Assembly (NCBI GenBank): GCA_963846575.1
Contig: CAWJWJ010000001.1
Coordinates: 288,001 to 352,000 of the forward strand
DNA: 64,000 nucleotides
Direction: 5' to 3'
Origin: an uncultured Nitrospiraceae bacterium
GTDB lineage: Bacteria; Nitrospirota; Nitrospiria; Nitrospirales; Nitrospiraceae
Positions 41,292 to 51,684 of the stretch are shown one piece after another; position 1 is the first letter of the stretch; each line of letters opens with the position of its first letter. Made by a program: the position numbers and the translations under genes. The notes beneath the pieces are model-generated. The model worked only from the letters and a program-made list of their open reading frames with translations. It did not search any database and was not told the DNA's origin.

Positions 41292-41924
41292 TCAAGGTGC
41301 GAATCGAGCCCAATTCGGATAGGGTTTCACCGCGTACAATCGATCCACATCCGCCTGACAGGGCATTCCGCAGCGGCGCAACATGTCTGCCACCAGACGA
41401 AGCGGGAGGCCGACGGCGGCCGTGTAATCGCCGTCGATGTGATCGATCAACTCCCCGCCGGCGCCTTGAATGGAATAGGCACCGGCTTTGCCGAGACTCT
41501 CGCCGGTCCCCAGGTACGCCTTCAGGATGGCCTCGTCGAAGGGCTTCATCGTGACCCGCACGGTCGCAACCTCGACGTTGCAGCTCCCCTGACCGGCACG
41601 GACGAGGGCGACGGCGGTCACAATGTTGTGGGGTTTCCCTGCCATGCGCCGGAGCATGGCTTCGGCTTCGGCCAGGTCCCGCGGCTTCCCTAACACCTCC
41701 GAGCCCAGACTGATCAAGGTGTCGCTCCCGAGGATGAGCCCATCGAGAGGTGCGGCAAGGCAGGAGCGGGCCTTGCCCTCGGCAAATTCGGCTGCCTGCC
41801 GGTCGGCGGACAGCGCTGGCCTCACCTGCTCAACATATGGCGGACTCATCACGGCAAAGGGCACGCCGAGAAGTCTCAACAATTCATGACGTCTCGGCGA
41901 GGTGGAAGCCAGAATCAGCGGCAT
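41292..41924 (-). CDS. maf: Maf family nucleotide pyrophosphatase
   Basis: LILASTSPRR, GSDT, LGKP, KAGAYSIQ, VGLP. Confidence 0.92.
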   Translation of the reverse strand: MPLILASTSPRRHELLRLLGVPFAVMSPPYVEQVRPALSADRQAAEFAEGKARSCLAAPLDGLILGSDTLISLGSEVLGKPRDLAEAEAMLRRMAGKPHNIVTAVALVRAGQGSCNVEVATVRVTMKPFDEAILKAYLGTGESLGKAGAYSIQGAGGELIDHIDGDYTAAVGLPLRLVADMLRRCGMPCQADVDRLYAVKPYPNWARFAP

Positions 41925-41928
41925 GGGC

Positions 41929-43110
41929 TCAGGACGCGCAGGGCAGAAGGGGCCGAGTCTCGCAAGAAGGCGTCTCAAGCGGATCCTGCCCATCCATAAG
42001 GTCGCCGCAATAATCCGCCACCACGCGCTCGACCTCACGGGCATTCGCAACCTGAAACATCTTGCCTCGCATCGCGGCGGCATGAGGAAACCCTGTGCAG
42101 TACCAACCAAGATGTTTGCGGATGGAACGGAATCGCTCCAAGCCGGCGATGGCTTCATACTGCCGCGCGTGATCCAGCATCACCTGCATCCGCTGCTTGA
42201 GTGAGATCTGCGGCTCCCAGGCATGGGTGGCAAGTCCCGACAGGTCAGCCCGGTCCGCGAATGCCCGGCGGGCCTTTTCCTTTTCACGAAAAAACCATGG
42301 GGCGCCCAGCGTTCCCCGACCAACCAACACACCCTGCACGCGAGTCTCCACGGTGCGGCGGATGGCTTCCACCAAGGTATTGAGATCGCCGTTGCCGAGG
42401 ATGAGGGTGTCCGTCCCACAGGCCAGCTTGGCCGCTTCGGCGATGGCAGACCAGTCGGCGGCTCCTCGATACATCTGCTGCAGCGTCCGCCCGTGCACCG
42501 TGATCGCCGCGGGTGCGGCCTCCAACAAATGCTCGACCCATCGGCCGACCACCACGCAATCAAACCCCAGTCGAGTTTTGATCGAGAGCGGCAGCAGCCG
42601 GCGGGCAACAGTCGGCACACCGGATCGACTCAGGTTCAATCTCTGAATGAATTCAATGCGGGAGGGCTTAAATCCTTGTGTCTCGATCGATTGACCGTCG
42701 GCCCAGTCGTGAAGCCCTTGCTTGGCAGCCCGCACGATGGCATGGGCCACATCCGGCGTCTTGATCAAGGCCGCCCCTGATCCGGAGGCCGCCACGTTCT
42801 TCGAGGGACAGCCCATGTTGATGTCGAGTCCATCGAATCCCATTTCACAGACCACCTGGGCCGCGCGGTAGAACAGCTCCGGATCCTTGCCATACAATTG
42901 CGCCACGACGGGACGTTCAGCCTCGCTGTACACCAATGACGACAACAGATGATCCGGACCGCGACAGATTTCGCTCACATTGGTGAATTCGGTGAAGGTG
43001 ATATCAGGCCGTCCCTGTGTGGCCACCACCCGACGAAAGGTGGCGTCAGTCACGCCGTCCATCGGGGCCAACCCCAGAATCGGTTGCGGAAGCGTCGCCC
43101 AGAAGTTCAT
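41929..43110 (-). CDS. dus: tRNA-dihydrouridine synthase family protein
   Basis: LAPMDGVTD, DINMGCP, KTRLG, VHGRT, GNGD, LVGRG. Confidence 0.92.
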   Translation of the reverse strand: MNFWATLPQPILGLAPMDGVTDATFRRVVATQGRPDITFTEFTNVSEICRGPDHLLSSLVYSEAERPVVAQLYGKDPELFYRAAQVVCEMGFDGLDINMGCPSKNVAASGSGAALIKTPDVAHAIVRAAKQGLHDWADGQSIETQGFKPSRIEFIQRLNLSRSGVPTVARRLLPLSIKTRLGFDCVVVGRWVEHLLEAAPAAITVHGRTLQQMYRGAADWSAIAEAAKLACGTDTLILGNGDLNTLVEAIRRTVETRVQGVLVGRGTLGAPWFFREKEKARRAFADRADLSGLATHAWEPQISLKQRMQVMLDHARQYEAIAGLERFRSIRKHLGWYCTGFPHAAAMRGKMFQVANAREVERVVADYCGDLMDGQDPLETPSCETRPLLPCAS

Positions 43111-44585
43111 CCCCGCACCTCCTCCGACTCGACCGGTTCGTTCGCCGTACGGTACGCTGCCCGCAACTCCACGGACTCTTCCATGGCGGTGGCGGCGGCG
43201 GAAGGACAGCCGTCGGCCACGAACTCGACAAACCGGTCGACCTTGAGGAGGAAAAAGTCATAGTCCTCCTCTTCCGGCCTCGGTGTGCTGAACCAGAACG
43301 CGGTGAACCGCTCGACCGGAAGATTCGCCGCCGTGATGAGCTGGCAGGTCCGCGGAAACATATCCGTCAATTCGCCACCCCAATGGAGCAACTCTTGAGG
43401 AACATAGGTCTGGCGATACCGATCCAGATCCTCGATCGATCCACCCAGCAATGAAAGACCTGCTGGTACCGGGCGACGGTCAGAAGTCACGAGTGCCACA
43501 TAGTCTTCATACTGTCGCACAAGCGTCGCCATTTCGTCGGATGCCACACTCGCATTCTGCGCAGAAGCCGGCAGAGCCTGTCTGGCCCCTCCCTGCAGGA
43601 ACTCGACACGACCCGCCTGGCCTGAGTATCGAACCTTCGACTCAAACCGGTCGCTAAAGCGCCGAAACTCCGTCACGATCTCCGTGACCGGTTTGGTGTC
43701 GACCTCCAATGCCACGCCTTTCAATGCGGTTAGCCGCGGATGGGCCAGGACCTGAACCAACAGGTCAAACAAGACCTCAGGAATGGGACTCCCATGGCTA
43801 TCGATCCAATAGGGCAATCCCGGGAGTAGCGCATCATGTTCAGAACCGGGATGCCTGGCCAATGGTGCCAGACCGGCCACATGAATTTCGATGACCCGCT
43901 CCATCGGAAAAGCATCCAGAAACCCCGCAACAAAATCCTGCAGCGCCTGACTGCGCCAAACACCCGTGTACCGGTAGACAGTCCACAAATGGCCGATGTC
44001 GAGGACCAGCCCGCAGGCCACCCGTTCTGTCACGGCACGGAAAAAATCGGGAATCCCGGATGAGCCGCAGGCGAAATAGGTCAGCGGCGGCATCTCCAGC
44101 AGTACCAGTGCAGGGGCGCGTCCTGCACGTTGCCCCCATGCATCCACTCGTCCCTGCACATATTCTAAATTGTCGGCCGTTATCCTGGCCGATAGCTCCG
44201 TATACAACGGGGGTAAGTATGTGCCGAATGCGTAGCCGCCAATTTGTTTCGACGCGCATTCATGATTCAGCCATGCGCTCTCCAGCGTGCCGACCTGGAT
44301 ACAGGCCTCCGCAACCCCGTGCTGCCCCGAGAAGCTCCGGGCAAAATGAGGCTGGGTCAGCCATAACCCTTCGCCGTGATAGGTGAGCTTCAGTTCCGGA
44401 AGCCGGCGCCGGACCCACCGCAGCGCGGACGTCGTCGCCTTGAAGATCTCCAAGTACCCCGGTTGCAATCCTTCTTCGCGGAGGCTTCGGACGAGCTCCA
44501 TGAGGTCCGGAGTATAGACATCCACCGACAGCCCCAACCCATGCGCCGGGATCAGATTCGCACGTTGTGAGAATTCGCTTTCCAT
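43107..44585 (-). CDS. DUF692 multinuclear non-haem iron oxidase (MNIO) family protein with C-terminal extension
   Basis: GLGL, YLEI, HGEGL, LLEMPP, LDIGHL, EIHVAG, IDSHGSPIP, LEVD follow the order of DUF692 iron ligands. Confidence 0.85.
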   Translation of the reverse strand: MESEFSQRANLIPAHGLGLSVDVYTPDLMELVRSLREEGLQPGYLEIFKATTSALRWVRRRLPELKLTYHGEGLWLTQPHFARSFSGQHGVAEACIQVGTLESAWLNHECASKQIGGYAFGTYLPPLYTELSARITADNLEYVQGRVDAWGQRAGRAPALVLLEMPPLTYFACGSSGIPDFFRAVTERVACGLVLDIGHLWTVYRYTGVWRSQALQDFVAGFLDAFPMERVIEIHVAGLAPLARHPGSEHDALLPGLPYWIDSHGSPIPEVLFDLLVQVLAHPRLTALKGVALEVDTKPVTEIVTEFRRFSDRFESKVRYSGQAGRVEFLQGGARQALPASAQNASVASDEMATLVRQYEDYVALVTSDRRPVPAGLSLLGGSIEDLDRYRQTYVPQELLHWGGELTDMFPRTCQLITAANLPVERFTAFWFSTPRPEEEDYDFFLLKVDRFVEFVADGCPSAAATAMEESVELRAAYRTANEPVESEEVRG

Positions 44586-44775
44586 CGTGTCGCGTTTGGC
44601 ATACTTTGAGGTGAGCATAGTGACTATAGTTCTTGTGCAGTCTAAGCGCCTAACCTCTTGGTTGACAAGGGAAGATGGGGAAGCTGATCCAACAAATCGA
44701 TCTGGTATACTTCCTTTCGACGTGGAGGTTGCCGGACCGGAAACGTCAGCCTCTCTCGCGGCGAGAAACAGGCTT

Positions 44776-45558
44776 ATGCAAATGACAAAGTCCGGCTACA
44801 TGCTCCGCGACAAACCGTCTCATCACTCATCCTCTATGGTAGCTCACATGATGACCCCCGGCGTCGTACAGGTTCCCGGAGATGTCTCCGTGAGCGAAGC
44901 TGCCCTGCTCCTCGACCGGGAACGGATCCCCTGTCTGTTGGTGAAGGATAGCGACACCACCTTCGGCATCATGACCTCCGGTGATATCGTCAAAAAAGTC
45001 GTGGCCCAGGGGCTTGAGCCGCAGGATGTGGAAGTCCGGTCCATCATGTCGAAACCGGTGCATTCGATTGAATGCGATCAGATCCTCGATGATGCCACCA
45101 GCGTGATGGCCTCGACCGGCGCGTCCCTTTTAATTGTCACGAAGCAAGGCCAGCCGGTGGGCATCCTGACCGCACGCGACCTGGCCTTGGCTCCGAAGCG
45201 TTGCGACACATGCCTTCCCGCCACGCTGCGCGTGACGAATGGCGAAGGCGAAGGGGCCAAACACACCGCCACCATCCGGCAGCTCAGTCACGTCGGCGCC
45301 TTCATCGAAAGTCGCACCCTGCTCCTACCCGGCACGACCGTGGTGCTCTCCTTCATTCTACCCGGCACGGATTTAAGCTTTTCTCTGCGCGGCACGATCC
45401 TCAACAGCAGTTTTGAGCCGGACCTGTCGGAAGACGAGGGGACAATGGGAAACAATCCCGGGGTGGATATCCAATTCGCGCCCCTTCCTTCGTCCGATGA
45501 GTCGAAAATTCGCGCCTGGGTGCTGCAGAATGTGCCGCGTAGCTCTGAGCTTTCCTAA
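44776..45558 (+). CDS. CBS-pair plus PilZ-like domain protein
   Basis: MMTPGVV..GIMTSGDI / IMSKPV..GILTARDL; C-terminal LSHVGAFI...GVDIQF PilZ fold. Confidence 0.8.
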   Translation: MQMTKSGYMLRDKPSHHSSSMVAHMMTPGVVQVPGDVSVSEAALLLDRERIPCLLVKDSDTTFGIMTSGDIVKKVVAQGLEPQDVEVRSIMSKPVHSIECDQILDDATSVMASTGASLLIVTKQGQPVGILTARDLALAPKRCDTCLPATLRVTNGEGEGAKHTATIRQLSHVGAFIESRTLLLPGTTVVLSFILPGTDLSFSLRGTILNSSFEPDLSEDEGTMGNNPGVDIQFAPLPSSDESKIRAWVLQNVPRSSELS

Positions 45559-45657
45559 ACATCCTCAGATGAATCTTTGCTTCGCCGACGACAGGTTGTT
45601 ATGATTTCCTGCGCGGACGATACGCGTCCGAGTACACCGTGCGTTAGGTAACCACTG

Positions 45658-46713
45658 ATGAAAAGCCCTGCCGCTCGATCCAAACCGGCTCTGACCAAAG
45701 ACGAAATTCTCACACAACTCGGCCCCCTGCTCGACCGCCCGGACGACGATATTCAGGCGGCGCTCATGAAGGAAATCCTTACCGGCGTCATCCGGCTGGC
45801 GGACTCGCAGTTGGACGTCCTGGATCTGAAAATCGTCAATCGTGCCTTGAAGGAACTCCGACATGCCTTCAGGGTGTTCCAAGGGTATCGGCATCGCCTC
45901 AAAGTCAGCGTGTTCGGATCGGCCCGCACCCCCGTCGACGATCCCAATTATGTGTTGGCCTTTCAGTTCGCGCGGCGCATGGTGGAAGAAGGATATATGA
46001 CCATCACCGGGGGCGCCGACGGCATCATGCGGGCATCCCAGGAAGGCGCCGGTCGGGAGCATAGTTTCGGGGTCAACATTATGCTGCCGTTTGAGCAGGG
46101 AGCCAATGCCGTCATTGCTGACGACCCTAAGCTTGTCACGTTCAAATACTTCTTCACTCGCAAGCTCATGTTCCAGAAAGAATCCCATGCAATCGCCCTG
46201 TTTCCCGGCGGGTTCGGCACCCACGATGAAGGCTTCGAAATCCTCACGCTTGTGCAAACCGGCAAAAGCGACCCCAAGCCTATCGTATGCCTGCAGGCTC
46301 CGGGATGCGACTACTGGAATCACTGGCACACATTCATTACCGAACAACTGCTGAAACGGCACCTGATCAATGCCGAAGACCTCGCCCTCTTCACGATCGT
46401 TGACAATGTGGAAGATGCAGTCACCGAAATCCGTTTGTTTTACCAGCGGTACCACTCACTCCGGTTTGTGGGACGCCAGCTCGCCATCCGGATGAAAAGC
46501 CCCTTGACCGAGGTGCAAGTTGAGGAGATTCGCGCTCAATTCAGCGATATGCTGACGGAGGGCACCTTTGAACAACGGCCGTCCCTGCCTGAAGAAATCG
46601 ATGAACCGGGACTGAAAGATCTCTCGCGCCTGGCGTTTACGTTCAATCGCCGGAACGCCGGTCGTCTGCGGCAACTCATCAATCACCTCAATCGACTTCC
46701 CGCGTCGACGTAA
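45658..46713 (+). CDS. LOG family nucleotide 5'-monophosphate nucleosidase-like protein
   Basis: SVFGSART, ITGG..GIM, FKYFFTRKLMF, PGGFGTHDE. Confidence 0.9.
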   Translation: MKSPAARSKPALTKDEILTQLGPLLDRPDDDIQAALMKEILTGVIRLADSQLDVLDLKIVNRALKELRHAFRVFQGYRHRLKVSVFGSARTPVDDPNYVLAFQFARRMVEEGYMTITGGADGIMRASQEGAGREHSFGVNIMLPFEQGANAVIADDPKLVTFKYFFTRKLMFQKESHAIALFPGGFGTHDEGFEILTLVQTGKSDPKPIVCLQAPGCDYWNHWHTFITEQLLKRHLINAEDLALFTIVDNVEDAVTEIRLFYQRYHSLRFVGRQLAIRMKSPLTEVQVEEIRAQFSDMLTEGTFEQRPSLPEEIDEPGLKDLSRLAFTFNRRNAGRLRQLINHLNRLPAST

Positions 46714-46810
46714 GCAGATTCGACCGATAGCGGAATGTCCGCTGACATCGCCTGCTCCTCCGAGATACCCCTTTAGTCCCCGTCGACGGACATGCTAAGG
46801 TTGAACGCAT

Positions 46811-47682
46811 ATGAACGCAGCCTCCATGCGAAGTTCTGTTCCTACTGACCCCACGCTGATCCTCTACCATGGGGATTGTGCCGATGGTTTCGGTGCCGCT
46901 TGGGCCATCTGGACGCGTTATCCCGCCGCACGCTATCAAGCCGTGAAACACGGGGAAGCTCCCCCACGGACCTGGCCGGGCAACACATCGTGATCGTGGA
47001 TTTCAGCTATCCCCGGCCGATTCTCGAAACCATCGCGGAGAAAGCCGCCAGCCTGGTGGTCCTCGATCATCACATCACCGCCGAACAGACGCTGGCCGAT
47101 CTCCCCTACGCCTATTTCGATTTGCAAAAATCTGGGGCGGTGCTCGGATGGGAATGGGCGCATGATGAGCCGACACCGTGGTTGCTACGTTATATTCAAG
47201 ACAAAGATTTATGGCACTGGGCGCTGCCGAACAGCCGGGAAATCAGCGCCGCCCTGGCCTCCTACCCCTTCGACTTTGCGCTATGGAGCGGATTCCAGCA
47301 GCAGGAATTAGAACGGGATGGTCGCGCCATACTCCGCTATGAAAACGAGCTCGTGACGAAGCTGTCCTCACAAGCGACGATGATGCACTTTGAGGGCGTG
47401 ACGGTTCCCGCCGTTCATAGTCCGCTCCTTACCAGTCAAATCGGCGAACGCCTGTCAGCCGATTTCCCATTCTGCCTCATCTGGCACGACCGCAACGGGC
47501 GACGCTACTACAGCATGCGTTCCCGCGAGGAGGGAACCGACGTCGGCTCGATTGCCGCATCGTTTGGAGGCGGCGGCCATACCCACGCAGCCGGATTTTC
47601 GGTTCCGTTAGAGGCCGACGGCTCGCTTCCATCGAATCCTCGATTGCCGCGACCAGCTGCCTCACAGCCAGACCACAGGTGA
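46811..47682 (+). CDS. DHH/DHHA1 phosphoesterase; apparent -1 frameshift in the C-run at ~46961-46965
   Basis: YHGDCADGF, VDFS, LDHH, GGGGHTHAAGF split over two frames. Confidence 0.88.
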
Positions 47683-47685
47683 CCG

Positions 47686-48387
47686 ATGCTCCCCCTCAAT
47701 GACGATACCCCGACCGACAGCACGCCGGTCGTCACCGTCACCTTCATCGTCGCCTGCTCTCTTGTGTTTATGTATCAAAGCGCCCTCCTCCCGGCTCCCG
47801 GAGAAATGTTCGTGTATCAGTACGGTGCGATTCCGGCCATCCTGTTCGGTCATGCGGCCCTCCCGCCTGAAGCCATGGCGATCCCCGCCTTCACGACCGT
47901 CCTGACCAGCATGTTCCTGCACGGCAGCTGGATGCATCTGATCGGCAATATGCTGTACCTCTGGGTCTTCGGCAACAACATCGAAGATGTGATGGGAGCA
48001 ACAAAATTCGTTGTGTTTTATCTGCTGTGCGGCATCGTAGCCGCGTTCAGCCATGCCCTTACGGACCCCACATCTGCAATTCCGATGGTCGGCGCCAGTG
48101 GTGCGATTTCGGGGGTATTAGGGGCCTATTTGTTGCTGTTCCCCCACGCCAGAATCCTGTTACTTGCCCCGCTGGTGGGAACCACCTATGTGCCGGCCGG
48201 CTTCGTGCTGGGATTCTGGTTCGTGATGCAGATCCTGAGCGGGGGGGCGAGCCTCGTATCGCAAGGAGGCGGAGTTGCCTTCTTCGCGCACATCGGAGGG
48301 TTTGTGGCGGGTATGGTGCTGATCGGCTTCTTCAAACGGCCGGAGGTACGGTTCTTCACCCCTGCCCGCAGCTCCTCATGGCGTTAG
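47686..48387 (+). CDS. rhomboid intramembrane serine protease
   Basis: FLHGSWMHLIGNM, GASG, AHIGG. Confidence 0.93.
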   Translation: MLPLNDDTPTDSTPVVTVTFIVACSLVFMYQSALLPAPGEMFVYQYGAIPAILFGHAALPPEAMAIPAFTTVLTSMFLHGSWMHLIGNMLYLWVFGNNIEDVMGATKFVVFYLLCGIVAAFSHALTDPTSAIPMVGASGAISGVLGAYLLLFPHARILLLAPLVGTTYVPAGFVLGFWFVMQILSGGASLVSQGGGVAFFAHIGGFVAGMVLIGFFKRPEVRFFTPARSSSWR

Positions 48388-48403
48388 CCTCTCACTCGCC
48401 GCA

Positions 48404-50269
48404 TCACAGATCCAGTACCTCGCGGATCTTCCCGGCCAGGTCCTGCTGTCGGTAGGGTTGCTGCAGGAAATATTTCTTATTGACCCGGTGGCTCACGATC
48501 GTCTCGTCCGAAAGTCCCGACACGAACAAGGCCTTCATCTTGGGATGTTGGAGCACCAGACGCTTGGCCAAGTCCCGCCCGCTGATCTCGGGCATCGAAA
48601 GGTGACTGACCGTAACGTGGATTGGCCCCGCATGCTGCTGAGCCACCAACAACGCCTCCACGGCACAGGCCGCTTCCAGGACATGGTATCGATGACGCCG
48701 CAGGGTCGAGCGCGCCAGTTTCCGCTCGATTTCGTCCTCTTCCACCAGGAGGACCGTCTCCGCCCCTTTTGAGAGGGATTCAGTGGCGACCGTCATGTCC
48801 CGCATGTACCCTTGTCCCTCGATCAACGGAAGATAGACTTGTACCGTTGTCCCTTGCCCCGGCTGACTGAGCACCTCGACCGTCCCCCCTATTTGCCTGA
48901 CAATGCCGTACACCAATGTCAGGCCGAGGCCGGCATGGGCATCCTTGGTCGAAAAAAACGGTTCGAACATGCGCGACTGGACTTCCAGATTCATCCCGCC
49001 TCCGCTATCGCTGACGGCAATCCGTGCCATGCGCCTTCGAGGATTCTTCTCCAGTTGCTCCACGGGAAGTGCCTCGCCATGAACGACCTGCACCGCCATC
49101 GTGACGCCGCCACCTTCCGGCATTGCGTCTCTCGCATTGGCCACCACATGCAGGAGCACCTGCTCCAGGCGATCGTACCCCAGCTCCACCAGGGCCTCTG
49201 TCGCGTCGCTCGTGACCTGCAGGCCGATCCGGCTGGGCACCAGTTCCTGAAGCGTTTCCCGCATGGCCTCGATGGCCTGGCCAAGCGACAGAGTGTCGCG
49301 AATCATGGTGTCGTGAACACGCAACGCCAACAGCTGCGCCGTCACCGCCGCCGCCCGTTCTCCGCTGCGGAACATCTCGTCTACGGTACCCCGAAGAGGA
49401 TCATCGAGCTTCAGTTTCGACAGGAGGACGCCGGTCTCCTTCCCGATGACCGCCAACACCTGGTTGAACTCGTGCGCCAACCGGACCGCCAGGCGACCGA
49501 CTGCCTCGAACTTCTGAGCTTCCCGCAGCTGTCGTTCCAATCCCGTCCGCTCGATCATGCTCTGACGGATGTCCTGGTTTGCGCGAAAGAGTTCCTGCTT
49601 CAACCCCTGTACGCGCGTTTCGAGTTGTGTGCGTCGCTGTTCCAGCGCCGCCTCAGCCTGTTGCAGGCCCGCCACATTCTGCTGTAACGCGCGATTGCGC
49701 CCTCGCTCGGCGGCGACTGTCTCCAGCGTCAGCCCGTAAAACACCGCCATGATCAGCAAGACGGGAATGCCGAAGAGATGCCCCACGGCGAGAGTGCCCG
49801 ACTGCATCGCCTGTTCGTACACCAGCACTCCGTAACCAGCACAGATCACCAACGAGAGCCCGAGCAGCTGTCGAAGAGAGGGCACCGAGGAGGCAATCAG
49901 CACGAGGAGAAAATACGTCACATACAATTCCGAGCTGGCGTTGCCCGAGAGATAAATGGTGCCGGTGACCATCACGGTGTTGATGCTGATCAGCGCGCCG
50001 GAAAACCAGGAGCGGTCCAGAAGCTGACGCGGGAGGAGCATGATGCCGCAGCTGATGAGGATCAGGCCGACCGCCAGCAGTCGCGTCGCCGTCTGCCCAT
50101 AGATGGTGGCGTCACTAATGAGCAGTTCGTAGGAGAGCATCCCCGCCACGAGAGTTTGCAGAAAAACCGTGCGGGATCGCGCATGGTTGAGGAATCGTCC
50201 CAGGCCCCGCAGGCGGGAGTCCCGTTCAGTCTGGTCGAGGACAGAAAAAGAAGGTGCAACAGTGAGCAA
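48404..50269 (-). CDS. hybrid membrane histidine kinase with degenerate receiver domain
   Basis: Five TM helices, coiled coil, LAHEFN, NARDAM, FEPFFSTK; REC lacks the Asp and Lys. Confidence 0.88.
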   Translation of the reverse strand: MLTVAPSFSVLDQTERDSRLRGLGRFLNHARSRTVFLQTLVAGMLSYELLISDATIYGQTATRLLAVGLILISCGIMLLPRQLLDRSWFSGALISINTVMVTGTIYLSGNASSELYVTYFLLVLIASSVPSLRQLLGLSLVICAGYGVLVYEQAMQSGTLAVGHLFGIPVLLIMAVFYGLTLETVAAERGRNRALQQNVAGLQQAEAALEQRRTQLETRVQGLKQELFRANQDIRQSMIERTGLERQLREAQKFEAVGRLAVRLAHEFNQVLAVIGKETGVLLSKLKLDDPLRGTVDEMFRSGERAAAVTAQLLALRVHDTMIRDTLSLGQAIEAMRETLQELVPSRIGLQVTSDATEALVELGYDRLEQVLLHVVANARDAMPEGGGVTMAVQVVHGEALPVEQLEKNPRRRMARIAVSDSGGGMNLEVQSRMFEPFFSTKDAHAGLGLTLVYGIVRQIGGTVEVLSQPGQGTTVQVYLPLIEGQGYMRDMTVATESLSKGAETVLLVEEDEIERKLARSTLRRHRYHVLEAACAVEALLVAQQHAGPIHVTVSHLSMPEISGRDLAKRLVLQHPKMKALFVSGLSDETIVSHRVNKKYFLQQPYRQQDLAGKIREVLDL

Positions 50270-50517
50270 CGCGCCTGCCCCGGATGGAAGAATGTGAAAC
50301 CAGGGTGGGAATCAGCAAGTTTTATACCCCCTCCGGACGAGGCCAAGTCAGCGCATTATCAGATGCGCCGGTAACAACGGGGCGATGCGAAGGACCGGAA
50401 CGTCCCTAGTCCCTCACAAAACCGAACAGCCGATTCCTGCCGTGCTGCGGTAACCGCTGCGAATGAACACTAGGGTGGGGCAGTCAGGGGAGGGGAATCA
50501 CAGGCGCCGGAGGTCCC

Positions 50518-51684
50518 TTACGGGTGGGACGGAACATGCTGAGACCGGAACGCCGACGCTCTCGCGACGGCCTCTGCACGCGTCGATGCAAGAAACGTAA
50601 TGTGGCCCATTTTTCGTTTCGGCCTGACGGTGCGCTTTCCATACAGATGCAGCACCGCGCCCGGCTCGCGCAACAACGCCTGCGTGGCAGGCGCGGCCGT
50701 GAAGAGAGCCACTTCGTCGCCGATCAGATTGACCATCACGGCGGGGGTGAGAAGCCGCACCTCGCCCAAAGGTTGGCCACACAGGACCCGTACCTGCTGT
50801 TCGAACTGCGACACGGTACAGGCATCCAACGAATAGTGGCCGGAATTATGCGGCCTGGGCGCGACCTCATTGACCAGGAGTCGACCGTCTCTCATAAGGA
50901 ACAGTTCGACGCAGAAGACTCCGACGCCGTCCAGGGCTTGCACTGCTCTTCGTGCCATTGTCGCAGCCTGCTCTGCGACTGACGCCGACACATCCGCCGG
51001 AACCGTGGTCTGGCGAAGCATGCCATCTTCATGGAGGTTTTCGACGACCGGGTAGGTGCGCGTCTCTCCATCGACACTACGTACGACCAGAATGGAAATT
51101 TCGCGTTCGAAGGAGAGGTATTGCTCCAGGATCCAACGTGATCCCGGTCTCATGGTCCGGGTCATATCCAGTTGAGCCTCGGCACAATCCTCCGCACGCC
51201 CGATTTTCCATTGCCCCTTGCCATCGTATCCGGCAGTCGCGGTCTTACAGATCAGCGGGTATGCGAGTCGAGTCTGCCGGGCGAGTTCCTCCGGTCTGGT
51301 GATCGGATGGAATGCCGGCACATCCAATCCACGCTCGCACAGAAACGCCTTCTGTTCAATTCGATCTTGAATCACACGCAGCACATGGCTCGACGGCCGG
51401 ACCGGCACCAACAGTTCTAATTGCTGGCAGAGGTCGCTCGGCACATTTTCCCACTCATAGGTGACGGCACGAACACGCTGCGCAAATTCCTGACGGGCGA
51501 CCACGTCGGAGAACGGCTTGATGAGGGAGTAATCAGCGGCACGGTGGGCGGGCGCTTCGGCATCGGGATCCCATACCGCAACCTCAAAGCCCATGCGGCG
51601 GGCGGTCGTGGCGAACATGGCACCCAACTGCCCTCCGCCGAGGACACCCAGAGTGGCTCCGGGTTCGATGACCGGCTCGTTCAC
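50518..51684 (-). CDS. purK: N5-carboxyaminoimidazole ribonucleotide synthase
   Basis: [31 protein letters not shown]. Confidence 0.96.
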   Translation of the reverse strand: MNEPVIEPGATLGVLGGGQLGAMFATTARRMGFEVAVWDPDAEAPAHRAADYSLIKPFSDVVARQEFAQRVRAVTYEWENVPSDLCQQLELLVPVRPSSHVLRVIQDRIEQKAFLCERGLDVPAFHPITRPEELARQTRLAYPLICKTATAGYDGKGQWKIGRAEDCAEAQLDMTRTMRPGSRWILEQYLSFEREISILVVRSVDGETRTYPVVENLHEDGMLRQTTVPADVSASVAEQAATMARRAVQALDGVGVFCVELFLMRDGRLLVNEVAPRPHNSGHYSLDACTVSQFEQQVRVLCGQPLGEVRLLTPAVMVNLIGDEVALFTAAPATQALLREPGAVLHLYGKRTVRPKRKMGHITFLASTRAEAVARASAFRSQHVPSHP

